DNA from: a virus | Direction: 5' to 3' (one strand) | Length of the DNA: 64,000 bases | IMG/VR virus record: IMGVR_UViG_3300020198_001494 | Location: 1 to 64,000 of that record | Part shown: piece by piece, positions 33,001 to 42,655 of the stretch | Layout of the letters: each line of letters opens with the position of its first letter | How positions within the stretch are numbered: position 1 is the stretch's first letter | Notes under the pieces: generated by a model | Databases searched by the model: none | Seen by the model: only the letters and a program-made list of their open reading frames with translations | Told to the model about the DNA's origin: nothing | Made by a program: the position numbers and the translations under genes

Positions 33001-34403
33001 TTTCTATCGAAACCAAATAATGCCGCTAAATTTGCTAATTTTGTTAGCGGCTCTTTATACTCTGGAACATCATATTTTTTATTTAATTTAAAGTAACTAG
33101 GATCTAATTTCATTCCACCTTTAGCTAAAGATGATAACATTTCAATATAATTTTCTGCGCTTAAATTTGTCTCTATATTTTCTAAATCTATCAAATAACT
33201 TCTTACTTTATTAAAAGTCTCTCTCCAAAACTTTTTCTTATCCGGTACATTAATATCTATCGGAATATTATAAGCTCCTACTGCTAACAATATTTCTTTA
33301 TTTAATTTATTAGACCACTCCTGCATTGAAATTATCTTCTGAATGGCCCACGCTGCAACTGTTAATAATTTTAAAAATCCTGGCAATTTAGTAAATACTT
33401 CATTTCCCAGTTTTGTAACAAGCAGTCCAGTTTTTATATATATATTTACTACATTATCCCAACCTTTTGTTTCTGGTGCTCCTTTAGAAATTCTAACTTT
33501 TGCCCTACCGTACCATCCACCTAGTTTTCCTCCTTTTAGAGCAGCGGCAACGGCTTTTCGTTGTCCATATATAATCATTTTAGCTAAAACATCTGAACCA
33601 GATTTTACTACATTATATAAATCACCGCTTTTTGCTGATTTTGAAAAAGATCCTACCTGTCCTGTAAATCCCTTAAATGATTTTATTAAGGAAGTGGAAT
33701 CCTCTGATAGTCCTTCGCTACCTCTAGATAAATCTTCTACTACTCTTTTTGCATGCCAAGAAAAATCTGCTGCACTTTTATTACCCTCTCTTAATGCCGC
33801 AACAAATTTTTCTGCTATATCTAACTGTATAGCTATTTCTTTGTACTTATCCCAGCCTGGAACATTATCATAATCTTTTTTATCTGCTTCAATAGAATCC
33901 TCTAGATTTTTAATATTTGCTTCTGCTTGTTTAGTCTCTACCAAAAATTTTGTTAAGTCCGTCATAGTAACTAAATCTGGGTTTAAAAAAGCTGTTTGTA
34001 TCACCTCTTCCATTAAATTTCTAGTGACAGATTTCATTCTGGAAACTTCTTTTGCTGCGGTACTAGATAAAATATCTAATGAACCGAAAGATTCTATAGA
34101 TTCACCAAGTTTTTCATTAATGTCACCTCTTATCTTTATAATATCATTTACTAGATCATTTACCTCATCTTCAGTTAGTCCCTTTTTATCAAATATTTTT
34201 GAAAAGTCACTTGAATCTCTTGCAGCATATTTTTTTGCAGCGTCTAAAAATCTGCTTAATTCTTCTATTTCATCGTTTACTTTTTTATAAAAAGTGCTAC
34301 CACTGACTTTATATTGTGCCTCAAAGCTCTCTTTACCTTGAGATACATTACTTCTTAAGTCACCAAGATGTCCTAAAAATTTACTAAACTCACTTTTAGA
34401 CAT
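30051..34403 (-). CDS. Tape-measure-like protein 1 with M23 peptidase and C-terminal M15 (L-Ala-D-Glu/VanY-like) peptidase domains
   Basis: M23: GQDIGAPTGSPVLA..YITHL..GQVLA..HIH (about 31430-31930); M15: WRSPE..SGHNYGRAID..DAPHFQ (about 30160-30550); helical core WSNKLNKEILLAVG. Confidence 0.75.
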   Translation of the reverse strand: MSKSEFSKFLGHLGDLRSNVSQGKESFEAQYKVSGSTFYKKVNDEIEELSRFLDAAKKYAARDSSDFSKIFDKKGLTEDEVNDLVNDIIKIRGDINEKLGESIESFGSLDILSSTAAKEVSRMKSVTRNLMEEVIQTAFLNPDLVTMTDLTKFLVETKQAEANIKNLEDSIEADKKDYDNVPGWDKYKEIAIQLDIAEKFVAALREGNKSAADFSWHAKRVVEDLSRGSEGLSEDSTSLIKSFKGFTGQVGSFSKSAKSGDLYNVVKSGSDVLAKMIIYGQRKAVAAALKGGKLGGWYGRAKVRISKGAPETKGWDNVVNIYIKTGLLVTKLGNEVFTKLPGFLKLLTVAAWAIQKIISMQEWSNKLNKEILLAVGAYNIPIDINVPDKKKFWRETFNKVRSYLIDLENIETNLSAENYIEMLSSLAKGGMKLDPSYFKLNKKYDVPEYKEPLTKLANLAALFGFDRKELAQHVGNWVSGFGQSFDSINDDLVTIYNMSELADVNPSDFLKAVTNISNRLNLFNNKSTQVGHLLLKAVRTGVFGWEQANKLMGDLIERKTDKDPLELLRDSLLASNGDNQALVDSIVSSVHAKIKEVESSIGHYRKSHDTEKIIMAETEISNLKHFLKIFGNVDVNNMDEIASMLYTAQKFVISPLIERDKKQLLDLVKEKFGKIPNNRAELVARLGDVVKMYGKDPAYIKLIVAEKFSESKDNVDGSKNADSLADLLKKDQKGLESLTVKFSEIHDFMGARILSGTKDFTEVLKIGLEYFVNTLVGWIAKDSALAVGVDAIVDWLEKLAKLGFSGGSSNVGVVTGPVSVTPDSIVHIGDYVFPFSNEVRDIKNIGGPEDHKKRGGHGPGSFWGNPGQDIGAPTGSPVLAIRGGKIIKISSWSPFKPKGGVNPYGASITYVTDPDSAGRQFEIYITHLGPKFPANLKTGGRIEAGQVLAWVDPWIVGGKSIGPTHIHMGIRLHKPGQGTRAGGSILVDPGSFLLHPFLNSRKKGMTPEKLASVTKASGVGKEITKEILGKINSKIYKTIYEKLPGNLKKVFKKYSNFDFYNSIQVKKDLIWKELVTTQGIKDPKIQSKVGGNLNRIIDTLKDYVDKKTGEIKVPTGLRQDQLNLDLGQFNTSSLSSSQEVVRKESIYANVLPRVGYTLVEGPELHYAGEENLDLHYQEWQSANNNPVTEVASVVYNLDVEGQTGSEAVKSLATTLMARYQNMYASSISDVVSDAGYDRGPLLRHLYGNASGDADIVYDSKNGEYRVETSKIDDLSKFRENTNSRDTSLNHLHPDFKSRVDAWLSDCRKEGVMPIIFETWRSPERSKAIKAPGVSKAGAWESGHNYGRAIDIRPPGWTFSVESDRKKMGRLFSITENPAMKKIVDLAHKHKLEWGAHKNYGGDWTTMHDAPHFQMPNEGASFWKRNFPRWQPDTSKKVIHAPKSKPSHISQ

Positions 34404-34408
34404 ATTAA

Positions 34409-35692
34409 CTATGCCTCAAATGAGTTATTTACAGGTCTTCCGCCTCTATTTATATGTCCTGTATAATTGCCTTGAAGATGTGGGGGTAAATCTATTGGTA
34501 GGATAGTAGATTTAGCTGTAGCCCTCATGGGCGTAATATCCTCATACATTTCTGGGGGAATCTCGAATTCTTTGTCTATCTGATCAAAGATCTCCTTACT
34601 TATACCTAAAGATGAACATAATAGATCCTTTTGCTCATCTTCATCCATATCTCTTTCAGAGTAACTTTGGAATGTAAACAGATTTTGATCCGAAATAGAT
34701 TTCCATTCTAACTCGTGTTTTTTAAATAATTTATCCTCTTCTACTTCCTCACCATTAAAGTAATGTCTTCTTCTTTCTAGCCTTTCTATTTTTAGTTTAT
34801 GTTGTTGACGTTTATATTCTCGATATTCCTCTACAGTTTGATTTTTAACTTCATCCATCATCAATTCATGATCATCTTTTCCGCCACTACAAACTAGCTC
34901 AGCCTCTCTTATTATCTTATCTAGCTCTGAGTCTTTATTCCTAACGTATTGAATTATATCTAGATCATCTTCTTCAATTTCTTCACTAACCTTTCCTAAT
35001 CTCTTATTGTAAATGAACCTAGCCCTTCTTTTTACTACTTCTCTATAGTGTAATTCTTCATTTTTCTGCTCCTGTACTTCTCTTTCTATTTGCTGTGAAG
35101 CTTTAGTGTTCAAGAAAAGACCTAACCACCTAATATAGCTCCACTGTACCTCAAATTTATCTTTTGAATCTTCCTCTACATTAAAACGTGACCACTCTCT
35201 TTGGATAACATTAATACCAAGCATTTCTGTTCCAGGTATAGTAGTCAAAGAAGAAGAGTTAATTTGCAATCCTTTATATGCTTTCCAATACCTTCTAGAC
35301 TCCTGTTCATAACAAAAAGACTCTAACATCTCAATAGCATCTATATGTCTTTTTCTAAGAACTAGCAGCTTAACTAAAGCTCTCTCTAACCCCTTTCTGG
35401 GCCATTTTCTTAAAAAATTATATATTACATCTAAAAAATTTTCTCTATTTTCTAATATATTTATTCCATTTATCTGAGATATCGAATATGCTACAAACCA
35501 AGTATCATATACAATATTTCTATCTTTGATACTAATAGGAGTTCTGTCATCTATTCTTTGCCTTTCAAAATCATTAATAGTTTTAAAGGTTATATCAACA
35601 CCGCCAAAAGTAACTTTTGTTGTTATAAATCCTTTAAATAGAAGCTCCTTCAGATCTATATAAATATCTGATTCTTCTGAAGGTTTTTTCAC
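34409..35692 (-). CDS. Tail assembly chaperone-like protein (long)
   Basis: Position between tube and tape measure; N-terminal domain resembles the upstream 162-aa protein; charged helical tail. Confidence 0.45.
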   Translation of the reverse strand: MKKPSEESDIYIDLKELLFKGFITTKVTFGGVDITFKTINDFERQRIDDRTPISIKDRNIVYDTWFVAYSISQINGINILENRENFLDVIYNFLRKWPRKGLERALVKLLVLRKRHIDAIEMLESFCYEQESRRYWKAYKGLQINSSSLTTIPGTEMLGINVIQREWSRFNVEEDSKDKFEVQWSYIRWLGLFLNTKASQQIEREVQEQKNEELHYREVVKRRARFIYNKRLGKVSEEIEEDDLDIIQYVRNKDSELDKIIREAELVCSGGKDDHELMMDEVKNQTVEEYREYKRQQHKLKIERLERRRHYFNGEEVEEDKLFKKHELEWKSISDQNLFTFQSYSERDMDEDEQKDLLCSSLGISKEIFDQIDKEFEIPPEMYEDITPMRATAKSTILPIDLPPHLQGNYTGHINRGGRPVNNSFEA

Positions 35693-35713
35693 ATTTAATT
35701 ACTTAAGTACAGT

Positions 35714-36202
35714 CTATGCTTCACCATCTTCGGAATCTTCCATATTTTCTAAAACATCAGCTTGTGCTATTAACTCATTTATTATCTGCTCTTCGGTTTT
35801 ATCTGGGTTGATTTCTCTTTCTAACTCTGCTACTAACTCTGCATAAGCAAAGAAAAGTCTATCTACAACTGACTGACCCCACTTTCCTATAATATCCCTG
35901 AAATACTTATGCTTCTCCACCTTCACTGGTTTACCATCAATTTCTTCCGGGGTATCTATAACATCTAGGCTATCTACACGAAAACCGTCAATAGCTTTAA
36001 TTGATCTAACAACGGTTTCTAGCTTCATTTTATATACATAAGAAAGTTTTGTATCATTGGCTAAGAAATCTTGTACAGCAGCCTCTTCATCTGCCCCAAG
36101 TATACCAATAGTTACCTTTATCTTACCTACGGAAACTTCCTTTTCTCTGTAAAACTCTTTGCTAGCTTCTTCAATTTTTCCTAGAATATCTTTAAGATCC
36201 AT
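35714..36202 (-). CDS. Tail assembly chaperone-like protein
   Basis: Small acidic protein directly after the tube gene (canonical chaperone position). Confidence 0.5.
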   Translation of the reverse strand: MDLKDILGKIEEASKEFYREKEVSVGKIKVTIGILGADEEAAVQDFLANDTKLSYVYKMKLETVVRSIKAIDGFRVDSLDVIDTPEEIDGKPVKVEKHKYFRDIIGKWGQSVVDRLFFAYAELVAELEREINPDKTEEQIINELIAQADVLENMEDSEDGEA

Positions 36203-36234
36203 ATTTAAATTTTATTAACCTCATATAAATTTAA

Positions 36235-36260
36235 AAGGCCCGTCTACATAGAAGGGCCTT
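36235..36260 (-). terminator. Intrinsic terminator after tail tube gene
   Basis: AAGGCCC.TCTA/TAGA.GGGCCTT hairpin followed by T-run on minus strand. Confidence 0.7.
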
Positions 36261-36282
36261 AAAAAGAATTTAGAAAATAATG

Positions 36283-37008
36283 TTACGTTGCCTTATTGGC
36301 GTGAACCGGTGCTGTATTACCTCTAATTAGTGTTGATGTAGCCTCAGCCTTCATCAGTTGGTCGCTTCCTTTTATCTTAGCATTTAAATCTCTACCGCCT
36401 GCAAATACATCAGTTACAGAAATTTCGCAGTCTTCATTAACTATAGTAGTTTCAGCTTGTACAGTATAATTATAACCAGTCATCCAACAACCTGCATAAA
36501 AAGTAAGTATAGCTTTAGCATCAGAACCCAACAGTAACGAATCCGAATTTCCTCCTGGATCTACCTGACCGGAACCGAAATCTTTACTAGTGGAGAGTTC
36601 TTTATGTGGTATAATATCAACAGCAGAAGTCAAAATTTCTTGAGCTATATCAAAGGGCCATCTGTGGTGTTTTAATGCCCTAACTAAGCCATCTATACCA
36701 CCTAAATAGCCAAATACTTGGAACATATTAGCTAGATAAAGTGCGGTTCTAGTTACGGAAATAGTAATTGGCTCTGAAGCAGTTGGAACAAGCTCAGCTA
36801 TTTGATCTCCAAACCCAATACCCCTAACTGGCTCAACATTTCTATTGTCTTTGGGATTAAACTGACCTATAACACCTATTATTTCAGGTGCGGTCCCGCC
36901 AGCAGCAACAGCTTTAACCCTATTCCTAGAACTCATAAATGTTCTTGTTTGCGGTGTTACTCCCACCCTATATATGGACGATGAAGGATTGTTTGGTGTA
37001 TACGCCAT
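36283..37008 (-). CDS. Tail tube protein
   Basis: Directly after sheath; AGGAG SD; IGVIGQFNP..R.VEPVRGIG..AELVP and FYAGCWMTGY tube-type motifs. Confidence 0.75.
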   Translation of the reverse strand: MAYTPNNPSSSIYRVGVTPQTRTFMSSRNRVKAVAAGGTAPEIIGVIGQFNPKDNRNVEPVRGIGFGDQIAELVPTASEPITISVTRTALYLANMFQVFGYLGGIDGLVRALKHHRWPFDIAQEILTSAVDIIPHKELSTSKDFGSGQVDPGGNSDSLLLGSDAKAILTFYAGCWMTGYNYTVQAETTIVNEDCEISVTDVFAGGRDLNAKIKGSDQLMKAEATSTLIRGNTAPVHANKAT

Positions 37009-37026
37009 TTTTTATATCTCCTATAA

Positions 37027-39834
37027 TTAAGCTCTTACGCTAAGAGTCAATCTAATCCACGAAACACTGAATACTGGTTTATACTTTGCTACAGCTTGAA
37101 TTATTGTTGGATCTAGTGGATCTACATGAACTTCTACACCAGAATAATCTGATAATATAGAGGAGGATTTTAGGAACTCTAATGTACCTTTTAATGATGA
37201 CTCCATATCTCCAATCAAACTGGGAAGATTCTTCTTACCGATAAACGACTCAAGAGATGCTCTAGAGTCTTGCTGAACTTTATCAATGATCAACGTAACA
37301 TACGGAGTTCTGGTAAGAACGTTGCTCATATCTGATGTAAACCATTGTCTTACTCTTATAGTAGGCTTTAGATCTTCAAGAACTGTAATACCTGCTATAG
37401 CAACTTGATTAGCTTCAACAGCATCTAGAACTCTAGAAAGTCTCTTGAATCCAACAAGCTCTTTTCTGGTCATGTCTGTAGCTACATCATATTGTGGTGA
37501 AACCAACTTACCTGCCATAGCAGCAGCTAACATTGATCCATCCACTAAATACTCATTCTCTACACCCATTTCATCAACAATACCGAGAATTACTCCTTCC
37601 GGATAAAGTAATGTCATCCTGCTAGTGGATAATCCAGGTGCGAGTTGCTGAGCCTTAACTGGTGTAGTACCGATTGGGAAACCTAGTACAGCAACCCTCT
37701 CCGCTTGATACCGCTCTGAGGACATTCTTTCACAATGAGTCTTTAAGTAAGCCTGAACATCACCGGCTGTAGTTAGTGGAACAATAATATCAGCGTTATA
37801 AAGATTTTGAATCTTCTTCTCTAACTCTGTAATAGCATTAATATATGCTGTAGAATTAGCATCGGATTTACCAAACTCTCTTTTAATTTGTTTAATAGCA
37901 ACGGCTTGAGCACCGTTCAAGAAAGCTAAATGAGCGGCTAATGACACTTTATTATCAATAGATATCGTGCCGTATTCAGCTTCGATAGCTTTTTCTTTAG
38001 TCCAAACCTTGGCGCTGTAATCAGTTTTATCCCACTTATAAGAAGTATAGTAAAACTCACCAATAGAGGGCTCAAGGCCAGATTTATTATATGTTTTTAC
38101 TATAGCCGTATCATCAACACCGACATCTTTAGTATTAAGGACATAAAGTTTAATACCTGATATATCTAGAACCGCACCAGGATCAGTTGTATACTCATAT
38201 TCTGAAGTAACTACAAATACTATCTTATCGTCAGCAGCAAAAGTAAGATTTGCATCAGCATCCGGCCATACGGTAAATCTAACCCCAGTTTTAGGATCTA
38301 CGTAGGTACGACCAACCTTACCTTTATTTGCATTATTAGTGGTAACAGAACCAGAACCAGTATTTACATTAGAAGATACTGTAAACTCTGTAGAACTTGT
38401 AAAAGTTAAGGTAACTTTTTCAGTTATTGAATACCCCATAACAGTTTGAAGATCCGAAACACCACCAGGCCATAATTTAGCCTCAGCATAATCGGTATCG
38501 GCAATACTAGTTTCACCGCCAGAACTAGTTTTAGGACTAACTATAGCATGTGCAGGTTTTCCGCTTGTTAAGCTAGATAACTTATATTTACCGGTACCTG
38601 ACGCTCCAGCTACAGTGCATTTAACTGTATAAGTTTCATCCACTAACATGTTATACCAGTAAGTGACTTCAACTACGGCTGTTTTAGCTACAGCAGCCGA
38701 TAAAATGATATTCTTGTTAGCATGATCCACATAGCTAACTTTACTTAAATTTCCGTCTACCCATACAGATACTTTAGAGTAGTCTTTTGTTGGTCTGCCT
38801 AAGCCAGAACCATCAGTCGGTGTATAAGATACCTTCCATGTCATAGTTGTTGCATCATTTACACTCGCTAATACAGCAGTAGCCAACTCTTTATGCATAT
38901 GGTTATCTATAAGGGTGGATAACACCTGAGTATCATCAAAATACTCGGCTTTCGGAGTATGATCACCAAATTTAACTAAATAGGAATGACCCCAATTAAT
39001 ACGATCACCCTCATTTACGTAATCGTATCCTTCAGCATAATCCATCTTACCAGGGAATTTACCCATAGATATCATAGAAGAGACACCTTTATTCGGTAGA
39101 GGATCAAAAGTATCTTGGTAGGTATTTGTCCAATAAGTAACTAAAACTGTTTTTCCATCCGCTGGAGCAGCAGCTAAAGTAATGACGCCATTAGTACCGT
39201 CAACTGAAGAAACAACTACTGCCACACCATCGACTTTTACAGTTACTTTAGAAATATCTGTAGTGGTAACTCCACCGCCTGTACCATCAACTATTCTTGG
39301 GTAAAGAACATAAAAATCTTTTCTAGTACCATTAACTTGATTCGATAGATCTTCATCAATCCTTTGAGTATCACCACGATGATAATAATAAGTAACAGTT
39401 ACGGTATCAGTAGATAGTGGTAATTGAGATAACCAGATATCACCAGTTTCCCCTACTACCTTAGCTACACCAGCAGGCTCATCATTAATCAAAACCTGAA
39501 CACTACTAATACTGTTAGACGTGACCCCCTTGCCTGCACCGTCCACAATTGGAAAATTTCTCACTCGGATACGGTTTAATGTACCGTCATTATCAACAAG
39601 CTTATTTAGCTCATTTACGAATCTACCGGACATATCCTCTTTATTAGAAAGAGTATCAACTGAAGCTGAAGAACCGCGAACCATCTCAAGGTTCAATTTT
39701 GTATAAGTTTCAGAACCAACACCTATAATTACTGGAATTCTCGCACCAGCAGCACCGGAAGCCCCATCGGCAGCTACTATAGTATTGGTATAAACACCTG
39801 GCGGAACATATGAAGTGAAAGGACCGATACCCAT
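37027..39834 (-). CDS. Contractile tail sheath protein
   Basis: N-terminal Y.PPGVY motif; C-terminal sheath domain (DPLDPTII...YKPVFSVSWI); AGGAG SD. Confidence 0.9.
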   Translation of the reverse strand: MGIGPFTSYVPPGVYTNTIVAADGASGAAGARIPVIIGVGSETYTKLNLEMVRGSSASVDTLSNKEDMSGRFVNELNKLVDNDGTLNRIRVRNFPIVDGAGKGVTSNSISSVQVLINDEPAGVAKVVGETGDIWLSQLPLSTDTVTVTYYYHRGDTQRIDEDLSNQVNGTRKDFYVLYPRIVDGTGGGVTTTDISKVTVKVDGVAVVVSSVDGTNGVITLAAAPADGKTVLVTYWTNTYQDTFDPLPNKGVSSMISMGKFPGKMDYAEGYDYVNEGDRINWGHSYLVKFGDHTPKAEYFDDTQVLSTLIDNHMHKELATAVLASVNDATTMTWKVSYTPTDGSGLGRPTKDYSKVSVWVDGNLSKVSYVDHANKNIILSAAVAKTAVVEVTYWYNMLVDETYTVKCTVAGASGTGKYKLSSLTSGKPAHAIVSPKTSSGGETSIADTDYAEAKLWPGGVSDLQTVMGYSITEKVTLTFTSSTEFTVSSNVNTGSGSVTTNNANKGKVGRTYVDPKTGVRFTVWPDADANLTFAADDKIVFVVTSEYEYTTDPGAVLDISGIKLYVLNTKDVGVDDTAIVKTYNKSGLEPSIGEFYYTSYKWDKTDYSAKVWTKEKAIEAEYGTISIDNKVSLAAHLAFLNGAQAVAIKQIKREFGKSDANSTAYINAITELEKKIQNLYNADIIVPLTTAGDVQAYLKTHCERMSSERYQAERVAVLGFPIGTTPVKAQQLAPGLSTSRMTLLYPEGVILGIVDEMGVENEYLVDGSMLAAAMAGKLVSPQYDVATDMTRKELVGFKRLSRVLDAVEANQVAIAGITVLEDLKPTIRVRQWFTSDMSNVLTRTPYVTLIIDKVQQDSRASLESFIGKKNLPSLIGDMESSLKGTLEFLKSSSILSDYSGVEVHVDPLDPTIIQAVAKYKPVFSVSWIRLTLSVRA

Positions 39835-39939
39835 AACTGATATACTCTCCTATATTTTTACAAAAATACCTGTAACATTATCTTTAACATTTAATTTACA
39901 TTTAGTAGGATATAAAACAAAAAGAGCCCACACAATTTA

Positions 39940-39990
39940 CATATAAATGTAAATATAAATTTTTAAACTAATTCTTATTTAAATATAAAT
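39940..39990 (-). promoter_or_regulatory. Three copies of ATTTATAT upstream of the sheath gene (candidate late promoter/regulatory motif)
   Basis: Plus-strand (C)ATATAAAT at 39940, 39953 and 39983; same motif occurs in other intergenic gaps. Confidence 0.45.
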
Positions 39991-40053
39991 TTGGAGAGTG
40001 TATTAAACAGTTATGATACACTACAAGAACAAAAAATAATAAAGATTTAAAAA

Positions 40054-40371
40054 TTATCCTGTAGTGAAATCGCTTCTTGTAAATTCTGTAGTACCACCGG
40101 TACTCGTGGGGTCTTTTAAAACTCCTGGCTGTTCACCTGAGCCCCAATAAGTAGATTCCGATTTAACTCCACCTGGCGGTGATACATGTTTTTCTTTTTC
40201 TGGTAATTTATCATAAGGACACCCACAACCGCATCCCGGTGTACAGTAATTTTTTCCGCACCTACATCTATTTTTAGGGTCTTCAGCATCAGGCACACAC
40301 CCGCAAGCTTTATAAGAAGCCTTTTTAAGCTCTCGGGCTATAGATCTTAACTCAGCTATTATTTTTTTCAT
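40054..40371 (-). CDS. Small Cys-rich protein (metal-binding candidate)
   Basis: 8 Cys: CGC...CRC....C..GCGCGC after an amphipathic N-terminal helix ending KKA; ATGA overlap with upstream gene. Confidence 0.6.
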   Translation of the reverse strand: MKKIIAELRSIARELKKASYKACGCVPDAEDPKNRCRCGKNYCTPGCGCGCPYDKLPEKEKHVSPPGGVKSESTYWGSGEQPGVLKDPTSTGGTTEFTRSDFTTG

Positions 40372-40772
40372 ATTAATTTAACTGAAGGATCTTTTTTAAA
40401 TCCTCTGTCTAAAAGGTCATGAGCCTGTTTTCTTTCTTCAATTCTTTCTTTGCCAACCGGAGTAAAACCCTCTGCCCCAATTTCCATAGCAGTAGTACCA
40501 TATTTTTCTCTAGCCTTTTTTACTTTTTGCTGCCTCTCCTCTATCTTTGTCCACCGTTTATCGGAATCTGATCCAACGATCTGATCTACTGTAGGGGTTG
40601 GTGTTCCATTTTTATATGAAACACCAACTTGTTGTGGTTTATAATACCTTTTTGATTCTTTTTTACATTTACTGCAAGGTGCTTTTAGGCTGTTTAAATC
40701 TTTTGGGAAAGTGTCAAAAATTTTATCAAACAACAAACTGCAATCTGAGCAATAAAATTCATACTTTGGCAT
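40368..40772 (-). CDS. FmdB-family (CxxC_CxxC) zinc-ribbon protein; likely start ATG 40772
   Basis: MPKYEFYCSDC...CSKC, the typical FmdB N-terminus. Confidence 0.75.
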   Translation of the reverse strand: MPKYEFYCSDCSLLFDKIFDTFPKDLNSLKAPCSKCKKESKRYYKPQQVGVSYKNGTPTPTVDQIVGSDSDKRWTKIEERQQKVKKAREKYGTTAMEIGAEGFTPVGKERIEERKQAHDLLDRGFKKDPSVKLI

Positions 40773-40776
40773 AAAT

Positions 40777-42651
40777 TTACATAATCCTCTCAAATATATT
40801 ACTAATCATAGGCATATATCTAGGTTTAAATTCAAATTTCTCGCCAAACACATCTAAATAATACTGTTCAACAGAAACAACATGAATATCTCTCAATTTA
40901 ACTGAAATAGTATTACGTATGTGCCAGTCTGTAACAAATTTTACGGACAGATTAGCCATATACATCTGTTCTGTAGTATTATCTTCATAAACTTGTTCTG
41001 ACTCACCTTGCATAGATACTTCCTCTAATGCCAGCCCCTCAGAATCAAACATTTGCTTTTTAGACAAGAGGAACATATAAGTGAGATCTGCTATTTCTTC
41101 CTGCTGAATAGGGTCTAATGCAACAGCCGTAACATCAAATGATAAATTAAACTTTCCACCAAACTCATCTGCTACCACATCTCTTTTATCAAAAACTATA
41201 ACCATTTGTTTATCGCCTTTAGTAAGCCTTTTACCAAAGGATAAAATTACACCCGGTATAACCTCATTATTATATTGGTAAGGTTTTATCTCAAACGGTC
41301 CTAATGTATTTTGAACGTACATATAACTTGCTGTTACTATATCATTTTCTTGTGGTAATAAATTAAAAGAAATTTCATTTGTTGTACTATCAAAAGAAAA
41401 ATCTCCAGATTCTTTACTTAATAAGTGTCCATTAAATCTAACTTCAAGAGTTTTTGAAAGTATATTAGTATCTGATAGTTTATAACTTCCCTCAATGGCA
41501 AAAACTTCTGATACTGGTACATTATCTCTAACGGTAGTGTTATAATATAAATATGTTGCTAGCAAGCCTCTATTCGGCAGCAATTTTCTAGAAAAATTGA
41601 CTCTTTTCCTGTTTTCTACACTGAAAGTTAAACTCTGTCTTGGGGCGTATTTTTCTAAAGATTCACTTCTAAATATTGGAACATGATCTAAATAAATTTC
41701 TATGGATGATTCTAAAGGTTTTTCATCTGGTAACTCTATGTATGTTTCAAACCCAGATGTATTTTTCTTTAAAATTTTTCTAGTTACTTGAGAAAAAAAT
41801 GTCCACTCTGTACCAGCAATTAAAAGTCTGTTAAGAGATTTAGATAGTATATGAAATGCTCCCGGTCCCGGCTTTTTTAAAAATGTAACTGTTTTTTTAA
41901 TGCTATCATAAGTATAATAATCTTTTCCAAGAATAGTTTCGTCTACTATAAGACTAAAGTCATCATCAGCCACATCCATATTAAAAAATATGTAAGTTCC
42001 CTTAGCTGTCCCATAAGTCAGTGGGACACTATTTTTAGTAATCAATGGATCTACTACAAAATGAGATTCATCTACCATCTCTACGCCATAGTATCCGGCT
42101 AATGCTAAGGCTCTATATCTGTATCTAGCAGTAACAACAGACCCTAAAGGTGGAGGTATTGTTAACTTCACTACTCCTGTTAATCCATCTATATAAGAAA
42201 CGTGTGATTCTCTTCCATCTACCTTTATTTCTATAGAATTCATATCTGGTTTAGTTAAAATAACACTCTCACCATCATTATCTACAGAAACTACCGGTTT
42301 TTTAGATAACTGAAAAGATATATTAGTGCCTAATACTTGATTAGAAAGATCCTCTCTAACCAATGGAAACATATTTTTAGTATCTTCTCTGACCCACTCT
42401 ATAGACTGACCGGGGAAATCTGCTACATTAACTAAAGCCACATGTGAAAGAACTCTGCCGACGTAGTTATTAGCATCAAGCTTAACTTGATCGGCAGAGC
42501 TACTTTTTACTACTAATCCATACTTTGTTTGCTCATCATAAGGGAACTTATTAGATACCCTTACTTTACTATAAATAGGATGAGTTTTAAAAGACTCCTC
42601 TAGTTCGTAGATAAGCCTCCGCTTGACTGAATTAGTAAGCTGAAAGTAAAT
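40777..42651 (-). CDS. Tail terminator/completion-like structural protein; probable ATT start at 42651
   Basis: Frame open 70 codons above the GTG at 42441 (IYFQLTNSVKRRLIYELEESFKTHP...); GGAGG 9 nt upstream of ATT; C-terminal GGKFNLSFDV.A.DP.QQEEIADL; position before sheath. Confidence 0.55.
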   Translation of the reverse strand: MYFQLTNSVKRRLIYELEESFKTHPIYSKVRVSNKFPYDEQTKYGLVVKSSSADQVKLDANNYVGRVLSHVALVNVADFPGQSIEWVREDTKNMFPLVREDLSNQVLGTNISFQLSKKPVVSVDNDGESVILTKPDMNSIEIKVDGRESHVSYIDGLTGVVKLTIPPPLGSVVTARYRYRALALAGYYGVEMVDESHFVVDPLITKNSVPLTYGTAKGTYIFFNMDVADDDFSLIVDETILGKDYYTYDSIKKTVTFLKKPGPGAFHILSKSLNRLLIAGTEWTFFSQVTRKILKKNTSGFETYIELPDEKPLESSIEIYLDHVPIFRSESLEKYAPRQSLTFSVENRKRVNFSRKLLPNRGLLATYLYYNTTVRDNVPVSEVFAIEGSYKLSDTNILSKTLEVRFNGHLLSKESGDFSFDSTTNEISFNLLPQENDIVTASYMYVQNTLGPFEIKPYQYNNEVIPGVILSFGKRLTKGDKQMVIVFDKRDVVADEFGGKFNLSFDVTAVALDPIQQEEIADLTYMFLLSKKQMFDSEGLALEEVSMQGESEQVYEDNTTEQMYMANLSVKFVTDWHIRNTISVKLRDIHVVSVEQYYLDVFGEKFEFKPRYMPMISNIFERIM

Positions 42652-42655
42652 ATGA

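Noticed and set aside
35692-35716. Programmed frameshift or readthrough between the chaperone genes
   Set aside because: The genes are in the same frame and separated by both TAG and TAA; no slippery heptamer seen
11942-39834. Extracellular contractile injection system or tailocin
   Set aside because: Capsid, scaffold, protease and neck genes are in the same module, so this is a phage
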